This document shows positions 1 through 12,859 of a stretch of DNA of 64,000 nucleotides, piece by piece. The DNA is taken from positions 2,213,151-2,277,150 of the forward strand of contig CAJINV010000007.1 in assembly GCA_905178155.1 (NCBI GenBank), read 5' to 3'. The notes beneath the pieces are model-generated. The model was not told the DNA's origin, ran no database searches, and worked only from the letters and a program-made list of their open reading frames with translations. The position numbers were made by a program, and so were the translations under genes. Position 1 is the stretch's first letter, and every line of letters starts with the position of its first letter. The DNA is from Amoebophrya sp. A120. Lineage: Eukaryota > Protista > Dinoflagellata.

Positions 1-3000
1 GCCCACTAGTAAAAGGAGCTGGACCTCCCCCTGCTTGTCCCGATGACGTTGCGGCTAGCAGGGAGGTACTCATCTCAGTCACTCCGTTTGCTGTCAACTG
101 CAGTGTTGGCGTCCGAGGCTGCTGATAATTGGAATTCGTCAAGTACTGTGCTGCTGGGCTATGGGGCCTGCTCGTGTTGTTCAACATCAGTTGCTGCGAA
201 CAAATCTGTTGGTTGTGCGTATCCAGGTCCGAAATTGCCTGCCAGAAATCGAACCTGTCCTCCGGCGCGACGGTGTGAACACCAAGTAGAAGACTGTAGT
301 CGATGATGCTGTTTTTCGCCAAGAATTCGCTGTCCGCACGCAGCTGGTCGGTGATGATTTGGTAAGCTTGCTGGGACAGGACGACAGGCACATGAGTAGA
401 CACAGCAGGCTCGTCATGATGTTGTTCCTCACTGTGCTCGTTTTGACCCGCTGCACTCAGTGGTTGGTTCTGATTTCTCTTCGAACGTTGATTATGTGGT
501 GCACTTGAACTAGATGTGGCACCGCCATCAGGTGTAGCACCCGTTCTCTTGAGGGCCAGCGCCGTACTAGACGACGCGGCCGTCGCACTGCTCGATGTTC
601 CTGCCGTGCCGCCGCTACCCCTCGTCGCAGCCGTACTGGTTGCACTCGCGGTCACTTCGTGCAAGAAGTCCATGTCTTTCCTCGCGACTGTTTTGTCTTC
701 CAACAGGGACGCGTTTGTCGTCCGGCCGAACGTGCTGCCCTTCAAGTCGTACCTCGTATGGATCTCGTACGGCGTGTTAAACATGTTTCCCATGACCACA
801 AAGTAGATCTTCTTTTCCCGGATCTTGCTCGACGCACGGAAGGACCCGATGTTGTTGCTCTGTTTCCGCACCCGCAGCGCGTGCAGCCCAAAAAACTTGA
901 TCAGCAGCGAGTCCGGGTACTTCTTCAAATGCAGCCAATACGGCAGCATGATCGTCTGCAGCCACTCCTTCTCCTCCTTGCTAATCGTCTTGATCATGAA
1001 GGATCCGTCGGCGGTGTAGTAGAAAAAAGCCCCGGATTTCCCCTCGGAGGACAGCTCGGAGAGACTGCTGAGGTTGCCGAGAATCATGTTTCCCAGAAGC
1101 TGTTCCGGGCCGACGGACCGGAGATACTGCTCCGGTTTGATGCCTCGCAGTTGTCGGATCTTGCGGAAGACAAAGGGCAGATAATCGACGAAAATCGTGT
1201 AGTTTTGGTTCGCCGCGGCCACACTGTCCATGATGTTCGCGAGGTTGGGCAGGATCGCGAATTTGTCCCGCATTTTGAAATCCAACGATTGCAACCCCCG
1301 GTCACCCTCGGTGCTGCTCCGTCCGACGGCCAGTCGGATGCCAATCATCATGTTCAACACCATGTTCCAATTTTCGTGCCCGAAATGCACCGCCAACCCC
1401 TTCTTCGGTCCGAGGATCTTGTGTTGCTGCTTGTGCACCCGTGACAGAGCTGCGGCCGGGTGGGTCAGATTGACTGCGGTGGCGCCGGTTGGGCGGAGCC
1501 GTGAGTAGCGGCGCGCGTTGGATGTAGTAGAGCCAGGAAGTTGTAGCTGCTGGTGCTGTGCACCTCCTTGCATCGTCGCGACAGATGCCAGCGACGTGCC
1601 AAAACGAGCCGTCGTGGCCACGGAGACGTCGGTCGTGGGCCGGCGCGGATACGCTGGGTCTGGAAGTAAAACTCCTGAGCGGGAATTGGACTGGAGAGTC
1701 TGCTGTGTGATCAAAGAATTCGGGCTTTCGTTATTTTCATGATGGTGGCCGAGATTCAGATTGTGGTCTTGCGCATCATGATTTTCGAGCATGTGAATTT
1801 CATTCCCCCTTGAACTGGCAGGGCTGTCTAGCGGCGGGGGGAACAAAAAAGCACTATCCCCACCCGTTTGAAGTCCACTTCTAGCTGGTCCGCCTGCAGC
1901 TCCATGTCGCAGGTAATAAAACTGCTGCGCGTGGTGATGGTTGACATTCGCGCCGCCGGGGGACCGCACCAGCGACGACGGAGAGATGGGAGAGACGGGC
2001 GATGCTCCGACGTGCATGCCTTGCAAATGTCCACCAGCTGCGAAAGAACCACTAGCGAGAGGCGACGAAGCATAGTCCTGGACACACGAAACGAGGTCAA
2101 AAAGCCTTTCGAGCTTTTGTTGCAGAAGATGCCGTCTAGAAGTGAACAAAGAACCAGCTGGAGTTTTACTTCCCCCAGGTGGAGCCCCTGCTGTCTTGAC
2201 TAAGCTGCCAAAGTAATGGCTCGAAGAAGCTGCGCCAGCATCTTCAAGACGGCCGCCGCCGTCTGGGTTTGGGAGGCTCAGCTGCGGTGGTGGCGACCGG
2301 GAATAAATCAAATTGGAGTGATTCTTGTAATATGGTGCTTGTTCACCCTCGTGGGTAGGTTGCTTTGATGGGGAAGTACTGCTGTTGCCAGCACCACCGC
2401 CGGGTATATTAGGTCGTACATTTTTATTCGCATGTTGCCCCGGCTCGGATGGAACAGTGTCGGTTGGCGGCGACCACCAACTTGTTCCATCGTGGTCCTC
2501 ATCGCTGTTGGCCGCACTTTCTCCTCCGGTAACTCCCTTGTCCCCTGGATTTGCCTCGCTGCGCCGGCTGAAGAGACGGTTGAAGTAGAAGGAAAACATA
2601 TTACCGCCGGCCGCGAGAGGACCTGCCTCTACAGGAGCTGCTGAGGTTTTGCTGTCCGAGGATTCGCGAGCCTCAGAATCGGGATCGCCCACCGTGTCGC
2701 GCGGATTCGGGTTCGGGGCAACCAGATCACTCTGTGAAGATTTCTTGTTGTTGTCCACTGAGATTGACTTCATCTGGTGGTTTGCGCCAACAACTAGATC
2801 CGATGATGAACGGTCGTGATTTATTTCCAGTGCTTGTGTTGAATGCGGTTCCAGCTCAGCGTCAGTGTCTGTTTCAATCGCCATTTTGCTTCCGCTCCCC
2901 CCACCGGCGAAATTATAGTCGTGCTCGCCCTCTCCCTCTACTTCCTGTAGGGCCTGCAACCGTTGCACTTGCTCCCGGAGCTCCAACAACAAAGACCAGA

Positions 3001-5126
3001 ATTCGGTCGGCTGGTGGATTTTCCACACCTGTTCGTTGTGCTGGAATTGCTGGGGTGGCAGAGGCTCGTTCGCGTTCAGCGCAGCCGTGGAGGGGAGTAG
3101 CCCGATCAACTCCAGGAATTCGGGACAGTGCTTGACGGCGTTTTTGTACGCCTCGAGGGAGATCATCGCGGGTTTAGCGCGAAAATCGGGTCGGGACAAA
3201 GAAGTGTGATTATTTGCCATGGTTCCGAAGAAATTTTCATCCGTCTCTTCCCCAGAGGACGTCGCAAGCATCATCGCCGTCGTGTTTGGATTATTTACTC
3301 CTGCTGCTGTAGTTGTACCCGGTATCGGCTGCTGTTGCTCTGCAAGTCCTCCGCCCGGATCGTAGCTTATGCGAGCTTGCGGTTCGTTTTCTTTCCGTGG
3401 CGGGGCGCCACCAGCACTAGAGGTCGTCCCGAGCAGCGCGGAGATCGCCGTGTCCTTGCTTCGGAAATAGATGTTGGAGCCGTCAGTAGAGGTTGGCGAA
3501 GAACGTTTGGAGTAGTAAACCGCAGGGTAGGTAGGAGTTCCCGGGCGGCGCGGGTCGGCGGCCTGATCATGCGTTTGGTTACGGAAGTTGGAGGCATTCA
3601 GGGAGGCGGTCATGTGTTCTTTTACTACTTATTGTATTATAGAGCTAGAATATGAGCACCGACATCACGACAGCGACATTGTGACTACAGGAGTGAGGAC
3701 AAATAATCTTCATCGTGAAAAAATCATCTACCAAAGCGAGCAAACCCCCGCCGTCTCCACCCGCCTGCACCATGGATGTCGACCTCGCCGTCCTGCCGTA
3801 CGGTGCGGCGGAGTACCGCCCTCGTAAGCGCGCCGCATTCCTCGCGGGGAAGTCGTTTGCCGCGATTCTGTAGAACAGTTCCTCAATCGTTTCTTCGGAA
3901 ATCTGTTTCTGGAACGCCGCCGGGAGCAAGGAGTTTGTCGTCTGGTCAATCGCGCGGATTAGCTCGCGAAACTGCGCCAACCGAATCCCGTAGTTTTGCC
4001 CCTGCCGCGCCCCCAGCCGCATCTTTTTTTGCAAGCGCGAAGCGGCACTGCGCATGGGCTTCGACCCTGTGGGGAGAGTAGAGGAGGACGAGGCTGGTAA
4101 CTGCGGCGGTCTCGAGTTTATTTGTGAATCACCTCCATAATGGGCAGATGTTGTCGGGCCTGATGTCGGCGGAGAAGAGTCGCTCTGGCTCGGTGGGGGA
4201 GGCTGCGAAGCTTGTTGTACAGCTCCTGCTTGCTGTAGGGCAGGTTGCCCACTATCCGAGGTATTGGTTCTCTGATCCAGGGCGGTAGTACAACTATCCT
4301 GCTGCGCACCAGCATTTCTATCGGGGGAGCCAAATACAATTCCAGCAGCCCCACCACTGGCTGTGTCAGGCGACAATCCCGCCGACGTTGTCGTCTTGAA
4401 GCTGACTTGCTTCGCCAAAGATGATACAGTCGGCCCACCTGGTACGCCGGTTTTCTTCATGCTAGAACTGCTAGTAGCGTCTGTTCTGCTAATATTTCCG
4501 GTGGCGATCGTCGTAATCGGTTCCTGCTGGTTTGTTTCCAAGAATTGCGACACCAAATTATGTTCTTCCCCGACCACGTGGTCCCCTACGTCAATTCCGT
4601 CGGACGTTAAGGAAAGAGAAAATGACAAAATCAACTTTTCCTCCGTCGTGCCCCGCAGCATTATCGCTAAGTGCTGGATGAACTGGACGTACGTCAACTC
4701 CTCCCCCGTTCCGCCGGTGAACACCCGGTAGAGCGCGTCGGGCAAGTAATTGTTCTGGCTCATCCCCAGTATCCCCAACGTTCCCCGGAACTGCTGGATG
4801 GTCATGGTTTTGTTCGGGCAGGCGACACGCCGGAACCGGGCGTACAAGGCCTCAACTTCCTGCTCCGAGAGATTCGAGGTGGAGGCAAGTTCCTGCTTCT
4901 CTTTTAAATCCATCTTCGCGGGTAGCTCCGACTTGGGTCGGCTCCGCCCGCAGCCGCAGAACTGGGAGGTGGTGCGTCGCTTGCTAGTGCCCGTTCGATC
5001 CGGGTCCAATTCGGCGCTGCTGCCAAAATCGGAGACGGTGGCGGAAGCGATGAGGGGAAGGTCGTGGTGCGGCAAAGACATGCCGGCGGTGGTGCTGCTG
5101 TTGCCAGCCTTAGTTCGGGCGTACAT
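1..5126 (-). CDS. PIP5K: Phosphatidylinositol-4-phosphate 5-kinase with N-terminal neuronal calcium sensor/EF-hand domain (3' end runs off window)
   Basis: Exon ~3745-5126 encodes an NCS/calcineurin-B-like domain (LSEQEVEALYARFRR...YVQFIQHLAIMLRGTTEEKLILSF). The frame starting at 3613 carries the last EF hand (ISLEAYKNAVKHCPEFLELIG) and PIP5K motifs (HFGHENWNMVLNMMIGIR, FYYTADGSFMIKT, YFVVMGNMF, YDLKGS) in the same phase. One probable GT-AG intron at ~3620-3745, exact ends unresolved. Confidence 0.88.
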
Positions 5127-5687
5127 GGTCGTGATCTCTTGCTTTGTGACTGGGGCCTGAGTTGTGCTCGAAGAAAAGAAAAAGATCAAAAACCTTCCAG
5201 AAACAAATGCGTATAGAGACAAGAAGAGTAGTTTCAAGCTAAACTACAAGAGCGGTAGCGGGACAAGAACTAGATTCTACAATAGCAGAAGATGTATTTC
5301 TATTTGTACAGAAAGTTGTGCTCAAGTTCTTCAACTTCGAGGCACACGTCAACCGCGGAGAATGAAGTGTTTTTTTGTCATGCTCAGGCGTACTAAAGAC
5401 CGATACTTTATTTCGAGATTGGAAGAAAAACACACGGAGGCGCAAGATGACACACAAGACGTGACGAGTGTGACCAAAGACACATCACGCCGTTGGCGCT
5501 CCCTCTCGCTCAGTACTTAACGTTAATTGTGTCAAACCAAAAGCGTCAGAGAGAATCAACTCCTGGAAGGTTGAGACGAACAAACTTTTTGAAGCGACTC
5601 ACTGCAAGAACTCAAACGTTGCAAAGAGTTTTCTTGTCCCGGCAGGCATGCTTTCTTTCTACCTTTTGAGGTCCTCGACGAGGACCA

Positions 5688-8600
5688 CTAAGGCCACACA
5701 ACTAGGTCGCCACCAATGGTGCCTGCGACAGCGACATTATCGAGTACAACTCCCACGTCGTCCAACAGGTCAAAGTCTGTTCTGGCTTGCAGCGCCGTCA
5801 GGGGACAGTCTAAGACCGGCATGACCGGGTCCCACAGTCTGTGGAGCTTGTCGAGCTTCTTCGTTTCCTCCTCACTACGCATGTACCGCCAGGTGCCGCC
5901 CGGGTACTTCACGACCTTAAAGGCGGGTGCTGCCGGGTCTTCGTGTGAGGTGTGGAGATGTTGATGATGATCATCATCTTTTCGCTGTGCTGGCGCGTTT
6001 TCACCGGACGTTGTCGTGCCGGAATCTTCGGATGACTTGCGATCCCGATCCGCTATGACCACCTCCTCTTTCCTGACGAGCCCGCCGGCGCAGGCAGAGC
6101 GAGGCAGCAGGGTGCAGGAGAACGATTTCTTGTCAGTGCTGTCGCGATTTTCGTTTATCGTCGTGACCTGCCAGCAGTGGAACCCATCGTGGACTTTTCG
6201 GACGCACTGGTTTGCACAAGCGACCACTGCTTGCTGCAGTGGATTCCTTTTGCCCTTCGTTGAGGACGTAGTTCTTGCAGCAGTGGGCGTGGTCGTGGTT
6301 TCAGCAACGTCGATTTTCCTGACCTGTGCGCGTGGGTCGTTTTGTGCATTTTTCCAAACACAGTCCGTGGCCAGCACCGTGTCCAGTTCCAGCTTTTGGG
6401 TAATTTCGTCGGTTTGTATAGCAAGACCAAGAGCTTGATGTTTGTTGTGCTGCGGATTTGCCCCTCCTGTCTGTGCCGGTTCTTCTGTATCAGCTGCGGT
6501 TGCAATGCTCAAACTTCTGGACGGCAACTTCTGAGGCGTCTCTAGCATGAGCTTGTCAAACGTGGAAATCCGTGTGAAGGATTGTCCATCTGGACTCATG
6601 ACGACGTGTTCAGAATTCTGTCCCACCGTGTTGTCAAACATCTCCTCGTAAATTCCGAAGTCTTCTATCGCATTCGCAACATGATCTTGCTTTTGCATGG
6701 CAACTTCGACACCAACTTTCCCTTCCTCCCTCACCGCCTCGCGCCGTAAGGCACCATCATCATCTTCAGCGGATCTTCCTGAGACCGCACTGAGCGCTTG
6801 AAAAAAGCGATCTGTCTGGACTCCCGGGTCCCGCTGGCGCTTCACTTGCGCATTCAGAACATTGTGCTCGACGAAAAGGACCGGCTTGTTTTTCGCAAGA
6901 AACTTTCTCGCCCCTTCCAGGACCTCGGTGTCGTGGCCTTCTGTGTCGATTTTTAGCAGGCGGAAGATCGGCGGCCTGTGACGGTCAGCAGGCTGTCGTA
7001 TTAAACCTTGATCTACACGATCATGTGCAACTCCACTATGTGCTCCTGCTCCTTCTGCTGCTGTTGAATTATCACCATGACCATCAGCTGGAGCTGCAGC
7101 TGTTGCGCACAATTTCTCGGCTTTTCTGGTCCTCTCATCTTCAGCCAGCACCGTTTCTACCACCTCGTCCAGACGACGCACGGCTAGAGATGAGGTAGTT
7201 CGATTACGGCTCGAAGCTGCTGCACCAGAGGGTGCTTCTCCAGCGGTGTGGTTGCCCTCAGAGACGGCGGAGGTCCCCCTTTCATCTGCTTCTCCTGCGA
7301 GCAACAAGCTATGCACCTTGAGGGGTCGTTGAAACGGGTTCAGTGATTCTCGCTCACCGCTGTCAAACTCGGCCACCACCTTTTCGGCTTCTTCCCGCGA
7401 CAGAGGCTTCCCACCGAACACTGCTTGATCCAAGTCCTCAACCGTCCACCGCTTGACCCTGCGGTAAACATCCTGCTGCGCGTCGTAAGTGACGTTGGTA
7501 AGGAATTTTTCGTGCAAGGCTTTGTCCACCAGTACGCCGATACCCGGGTCCTTGGGGTCTTCGAGGAAAACAAAAGGTGGATCATCTTCATCTTCCTTGG
7601 AAGACATTTTTTCTCTAGTTGTGCCGCCTTGTCTTGTTACAGCTCCACCTGAAGCATTCGAAGATGACAACGCCGCCTGCACGACTTTCACGCGGTCCTC
7701 CAGTCGGTTTGCCGCCAGGCTGGCCTTTAGATAAGCCACGTTTGAGGGAAGCGGCTCAACGGCGATCACGTGGTAGCCCCGGGCAGCGAAATAGAGGGCG
7801 ACAGACCCGATGTTGGCGCCGACGTCGATGATGTAGTCAATCAGTTCGTCCGCTTCATCTGACGTGCGTAATTCTTGTGATTCTGATCCTGCCGGAGCGG
7901 CTGCGCTGCATTTCTGCAGAAGAGGACTCGTGGTCTCACCTGCTGCTCGAGAGCGAGAGTTTGTAGTCATCCGCAATGCTCGTTGCCTCTGGTGTCTGTG
8001 CATGCTCTGCTCGAGAAACTTGTCTAGGTCAGGTAAGGTTTTTTGTTTTTGCTCTCCGATCCAGCTGCTGTTATTTTCACCGTATTCTTGAAACCGGTGT
8101 TTTTCCGCGAGCGCATACAATGCTCTGTTGTCCGGCCACGACGCTAGATGAACCCAGTGGTGCCCCACCATGGACGGACTCGCGTCGATCTGCGGGATGC
8201 ATAGCAGAAACTCGGCGTTGGGGTCTGCGGACTTGGACGGGTGGATAAAGCCCTCTGCCGGCACCAAATGCCCATATGTCGGGCAGGGCCCCTTGAAGAA
8301 GAGCAGAAATTCGATTCTGGCAAGCAGGTGGAGGAGGTGCAACTTTGTCATCTTGTTCGCGGTAACGACTGCTGATGGAGGGCCGTGTCTGTGCGCATCA
8401 GGAGTAGCATGGTCTTCACCAACTGAGGACACAGAAGCACGACCTCCTGAGGGGGTGAACCAGCTGAAAAATTCAAAAGGGTTTTTGTCAGAAGAAAACG
8501 GCGACCAGCGAGCAGGTTGCTCTTGTTCCTTGAGATCGTGGGACAGTTTCCGCAAATTATCCACCGTTTTCTTAATCGCACGCATAATTTTCTCCGGGAG

Positions 8601-10397
8601 CCGATACCCGGGGTCCAGAACTCGCGCCCAGGGCTGCGCCTCGAGAGCATCCACCTCGTGTTGCAATGGGGAGAGTGCTTTGACGCAAGTTGACGCGCAG
8701 AATTTCCGTAACCAGTGTGCGTTTGCGGTTTTCGAAAGCGAGGCCGCGTTCCAGGGAGCGAAGTTCAAAACCCCGAAAACTGGCCAGAAGCTCTCCATCA
8801 GAGACTGAATCAGCACAGTAATCTTGTTGGCTGCATCCATTGTGGGATGGCTCACTGCGCTTGCGGCTGGTCCCGGTGCAGCTGCTGGGGCGCCTCTACT
8901 ACTTGTTTCTTCTGTACTAGCGGTCTTGAAGTTGTGAAACACGCTTTCCAAAAACCTCTCCGCCCGCCGATCCATCTCGAGAAACATATCGTTCAGCCAG
9001 TCCGGCGGATTATTTTTCCAATTCTCTACCTCCTCCAACGAAAACCCCTTCGTCAAGCCTCGGCCGCTGTTCACTGCGAGAAAGTAGTAACTAAGGAGTT
9101 CCAGGGGAAAATTCGGTGTCTCCGGCACACTATTTTCCTTCCATTCTCGATGTCCATCCCCACCCGCGTCATTCCAAACGAAACTCGCGAGCAGCTCGAT
9201 CTTGTTCGCGGTGCTTGTTGTAGTGCTTGTTTCTTGCCCTGCGGTGCTCGCGGAGTCATTCGGACCTTTTTGTGCTTGGTCAATATCGTCGTGAAGCAAA
9301 TGCTGTACTTCGCGATCTGCTTCCTGACCAGCCTGTCTTTGTTGCACGACGAAGTCCACAGTAGGTAGATTTTTCTCCCGGTAGTCCGCATCTTCGTCGA
9401 ATCCCGGCGGCAGCTCGACGTTGTACCGGAACGCGATTTCGTGCTGCAGAACGCGGTCAAGTGTCCGGGTCACGAGGCCTGTTGATATTATATTTTTTTC
9501 CTTTGATTTTTCATCAATCTACGTGCGTCTAATCAGGCATGGAAAAGAATTCTTCTGTAGTTTGATTGTGAAAGAAAAAAAAACGTAAGTTACTTGCCTT
9601 CAGTTTCTGGCGGTCGACAAGATCTGGATGGTGCTCCCCAATCTTCTTCTTCGTTGCTGGTGTACTACTACACGACAACCCAGCAGGCTTTTTAGTTCTC
9701 TCCTCGCCAAAAAACCAGGCCGGTGAGACGGAAACCAGCAGTCCCATCAGGTTGTTGACCCACGCCGGAGCGTTATCCTGAGTAAAAACGTACCCACACC
9801 AGAGTTGTAATGCAGATTTGCAAAAACAGGAAGACTTGTAATGCGCATCCCCATGACAACCATTTCCAATCGTGTTTTGGAATTTGTGATGCTGTGAACA
9901 GGATGAGCAGATGAATCTGTGATGCGGCTGCACTTGCTAACCTGCACTACACTGCATAGTGCGACTTGTCATGCGTGACTCGCAAAACTCCTAGGTTTGT
10001 GTTGCAAAATCCCCATCCTGACTCTGGTGTGGGTACGTTTTTACTCAGGATAAGCGTCGTACTGGGTCCACCGCTTTTCCAGAGAGTTCGGCACCCCCGG
10101 TCGGAAGTGCAAGTGCGTCCACATGCGCAGCTTGAGTTGCCGGGTCGTGTACGAGTCCAGCGCGGTGGTCCACCCGGTGTCTTTGTCGTAGTGAGAGTTC
10201 AATAGGTTGGGAGGAACATCATCGTGGTGTCCTCCTCCAACGGAACACTTATGAGCATGTCGTCCTTCTGAATGCTGCTCCGCGTCGTGGGCCTGCGCGG
10301 CGGGGACAACCTCTCCTGCAGCAACGGGAAAGGCAATGCTAGAGAGGAATAAAAAGCCGCTGAAGGCTACGAGAGGAAGAGCGAGGAAGCGCAACAT
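5688..10397 (-). CDS. Large secreted or membrane-anchored FkbM-family SAM-dependent methyltransferase (~1436 aa, 3 exons)
   Basis: Signal peptide MLRFLALPLVAFSGFLFLSSIAFPVAA; FkbM motifs IIDVGANIG...HVIAVEP and LLKIDTEGHDTEVLEGA. Frame is joined by removing introner 9774-10052 plus one TSD (..QYDA|PAWVNN..) and GT-AG intron 9479-9593. Confidence 0.8.
9774..10052. mobile_element. Introner (TIR element acting as non-canonical intron), 279 bp
   Basis: Perfect 32-bp TIR TATCCTGAGTAAAAACGTACCCACACCAGAGT; TSD AGCGT at 9769-9773 and 10053-10057; removal restores the frame. Confidence 0.93.
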
Positions 10398-10822
10398 CTT
10401 CAGCGTTATCCTACTCAATTCGTGATCTCAACGCGGCTGAAAGAACATGTGAAATTGCAAGGGTTGATGGTGATAATTTTTTTTTTATTTAAACAGTGCT
10501 CGAACAATTTAATGTAGAAGATGGCCGTCCTCAGAACCTTGTTTTCTTCGTTTGTCTTTGTTTATTTTGGAACACTGCTAATCAAAGGGCAGAGGGAAAG
10601 CGAAAGGTCCCATGTCTGTAGGCATATGAATGCAACGCCTAACACACGTCGCCCGCAGCCCTATTCTTTTCTTGTCGCTTTTGGAAGATTCTTTCGTTTT
10701 TGTACACAGTAGTTTGCGTCATCTCGTCTAGGTAGAACTACAGCATCTCCTGCAAGTCTAGTTTTAAACCACGGCGGCAGGTGCAAAAAAATTATTTTTC
10801 CTCAATAATTCTGGTTCTGCTA

Positions 10823-12262
10823 CTATTTACCAGCATAGTTGTCGTCTGCTTCCACCTCTGAGAGTAGGTCGACGCTCTCTTTGAAAAGGTGGGATGAAGA
10901 TCTTCCTCGTGGTAAAACCGATACTATGCGACGTCCAAGATGTTGCTGAGTTGTTGTCCGTCTTGTTTGTCGACGAATCGGGCAGCCATAATACCCGAAC
11001 AGCCTCCGAGGTCGCATACAGACCTTCATCGTCTTAATGTGTTCGACGTTTGAAGTACATGAAAGTTCCGATTTTGTTTGGTGGTTGCTCGAGCTGCAGG
11101 CCCCGCGAACGGTTGAATGGCAACTCCCTGCTCTCGTTGTGCTGGAAGATGTAGTTGTGACGGAAGGGGTAGATGAAGAGATTTTTTCACTGCTAACGCA
11201 ATCCAAAACTTGCGCAGCTTTTCGTCTAGAGGTAGGAGGTTTTCGTCGTGCAGTATTTCTAGCCGGATAATTTCCTGTATGTTTTGGCTCCACGAAAACT
11301 GCTCTGCCTCTGCCGGATGAAACAGCAGTCTGTACAGCATCGTCCTGACAAGTTGAAGGAGCGCCACAAGACTGCTCTTCCTCAAAAAGCGTCTGCAAGG
11401 GTGAGTAAAGATCAGACCGGAGGCTTTTGCAGGTCTGCGACAGTGTCAACAATTCTGCCACGGTTAGAAAAGTGCTGACTTTGTTGACCACTTCGAACGG
11501 CAGCTGCTCCAACCCAGACTTTTCCTCTCTCGCCGCGAGCTCCGCACGCTTCAACTTCTCGCTGTGGCACTTCATGCAAAAGTCGTTCGCGAGCGTGAGC
11601 ACGATGAAGGTCCGGTATTGCTCGCACAATTTCGGCTTGAAGAATTTCAGCAAACTGGCCTCCGCACGGACGTACCGGAGAAACGTGCTGCGCTCGATCA
11701 AGTGCGACGCCTTCTCGGAGCAAATTTTTCCCCGGAACCCCCCCGGGGCTTTGTTCGCGGCAAACTCAGCCTTTTCCCTCTCGTAGCACTTGCAGTGCAC
11801 GTCCGGCGTGGCGAGGCCGTGGCTTCGGGCCTGCAGGTAGTCGCCGATGCTGTCCGCCGGGCCGCAAAGGCTGCAAAGGTAATCAGCATTCAATATCACA
11901 TACTGTTTGAGTTTTTGCCGCCGTTGATTCTCGCCGCGTAGGTTTTCTGGCCGAAAAGTTGGATTTATCCCCTCTGCGGACAAAATCCTCCCGTTGCTGC
12001 CGTCGATTTGAAAGGGTGGCGGAGTGATCCCGCGCGCAGCAAAGGCCTTTTGCCTCACCAGCCTCGCAGCTTCGGACCGCTCGCGCAGTAAGGAAGAGAG
12101 GTCTCGGGGTCGGGCGAAGTCGTCACTTTCATCGTCCGAAAAAATGGAGGATGCACTCGTCTCTTGCGATGGACTACTTCTGCACGAACCTCGCGACAAT
12201 GGCCAAGGCGAGACTTCATCCTCTCTCGCCGGAGTTGGAGTAGATGTTGTAGCTGCTATCAT
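10823..12262 (-). CDS. F-box domain protein with Cys-rich central region
   Basis: F-box-like LEQLPFEVVNKVSTFLTVAELLTLSQTCKSLR; paralogous to the reconstructed gene at 15069-18876. Confidence 0.75.
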   Translation of the reverse strand: MIAATTSTPTPAREDEVSPWPLSRGSCRSSPSQETSASSIFSDDESDDFARPRDLSSLLRERSEAARLVRQKAFAARGITPPPFQIDGSNGRILSAEGINPTFRPENLRGENQRRQKLKQYVILNADYLCSLCGPADSIGDYLQARSHGLATPDVHCKCYEREKAEFAANKAPGGFRGKICSEKASHLIERSTFLRYVRAEASLLKFFKPKLCEQYRTFIVLTLANDFCMKCHSEKLKRAELAAREEKSGLEQLPFEVVNKVSTFLTVAELLTLSQTCKSLRSDLYSPLQTLFEEEQSCGAPSTCQDDAVQTAVSSGRGRAVFVEPKHTGNYPARNTARRKPPTSRRKAAQVLDCVSSEKISSSTPSVTTTSSSTTRAGSCHSTVRGACSSSNHQTKSELSCTSNVEHIKTMKVCMRPRRLFGYYGCPIRRQTRRTTTQQHLGRRIVSVLPRGRSSSHLFKESVDLLSEVEADDNYAGK

Positions 12263-12859
12263 GACAATTTTTTCTTTTTAACCAGCGCCGATCAGAGATT
12301 ATTCAGTCTGCACCAAAACGGCGGGTTGCACTAACTTAATCCGTTTCACGAACTGTTTAGCTACTAATTTAAACTTCAACTTCTAACTTTCTCTTCTCAA
12401 GCAGGAAGGAAGTACTTGCTAATATGAATCTCATGTTTCTGTTTGGCGCGCCGTCGACGCAATTACTTTATCTTCACTGCATCCGACAAAAAAAAATTGG
12501 CGACACCATTCGACCTTTTGATTGCTCACCTTTGCGATAGCACGACCCGGAAAGAAAGTTGCACAAAAATTTGAATCGAGATCTTCCCTTCGTGTTTCGA
12601 GCGATTGTGTTTGAACACATCAACATCTTAAGCTTGCAGCTTCATACCTAAGTCTAGAGCACGCTCCTCGTACACCTTATGACGTTAGTACATGCTTTTC
12701 AAGCATTCACGATAGATTTCACGTCCGTGCGGCCCTGTCCCTGTTCATTCCGACTTCGAAGTCAGAATTATCATGAGCACAACAGCCTCCTGCCGCAGGG
12801 AACAGAAAGTTGTGTTGTGTCGCTGCCTGCAATTATCAAGCAGTGCCAGTGCACGGTGT

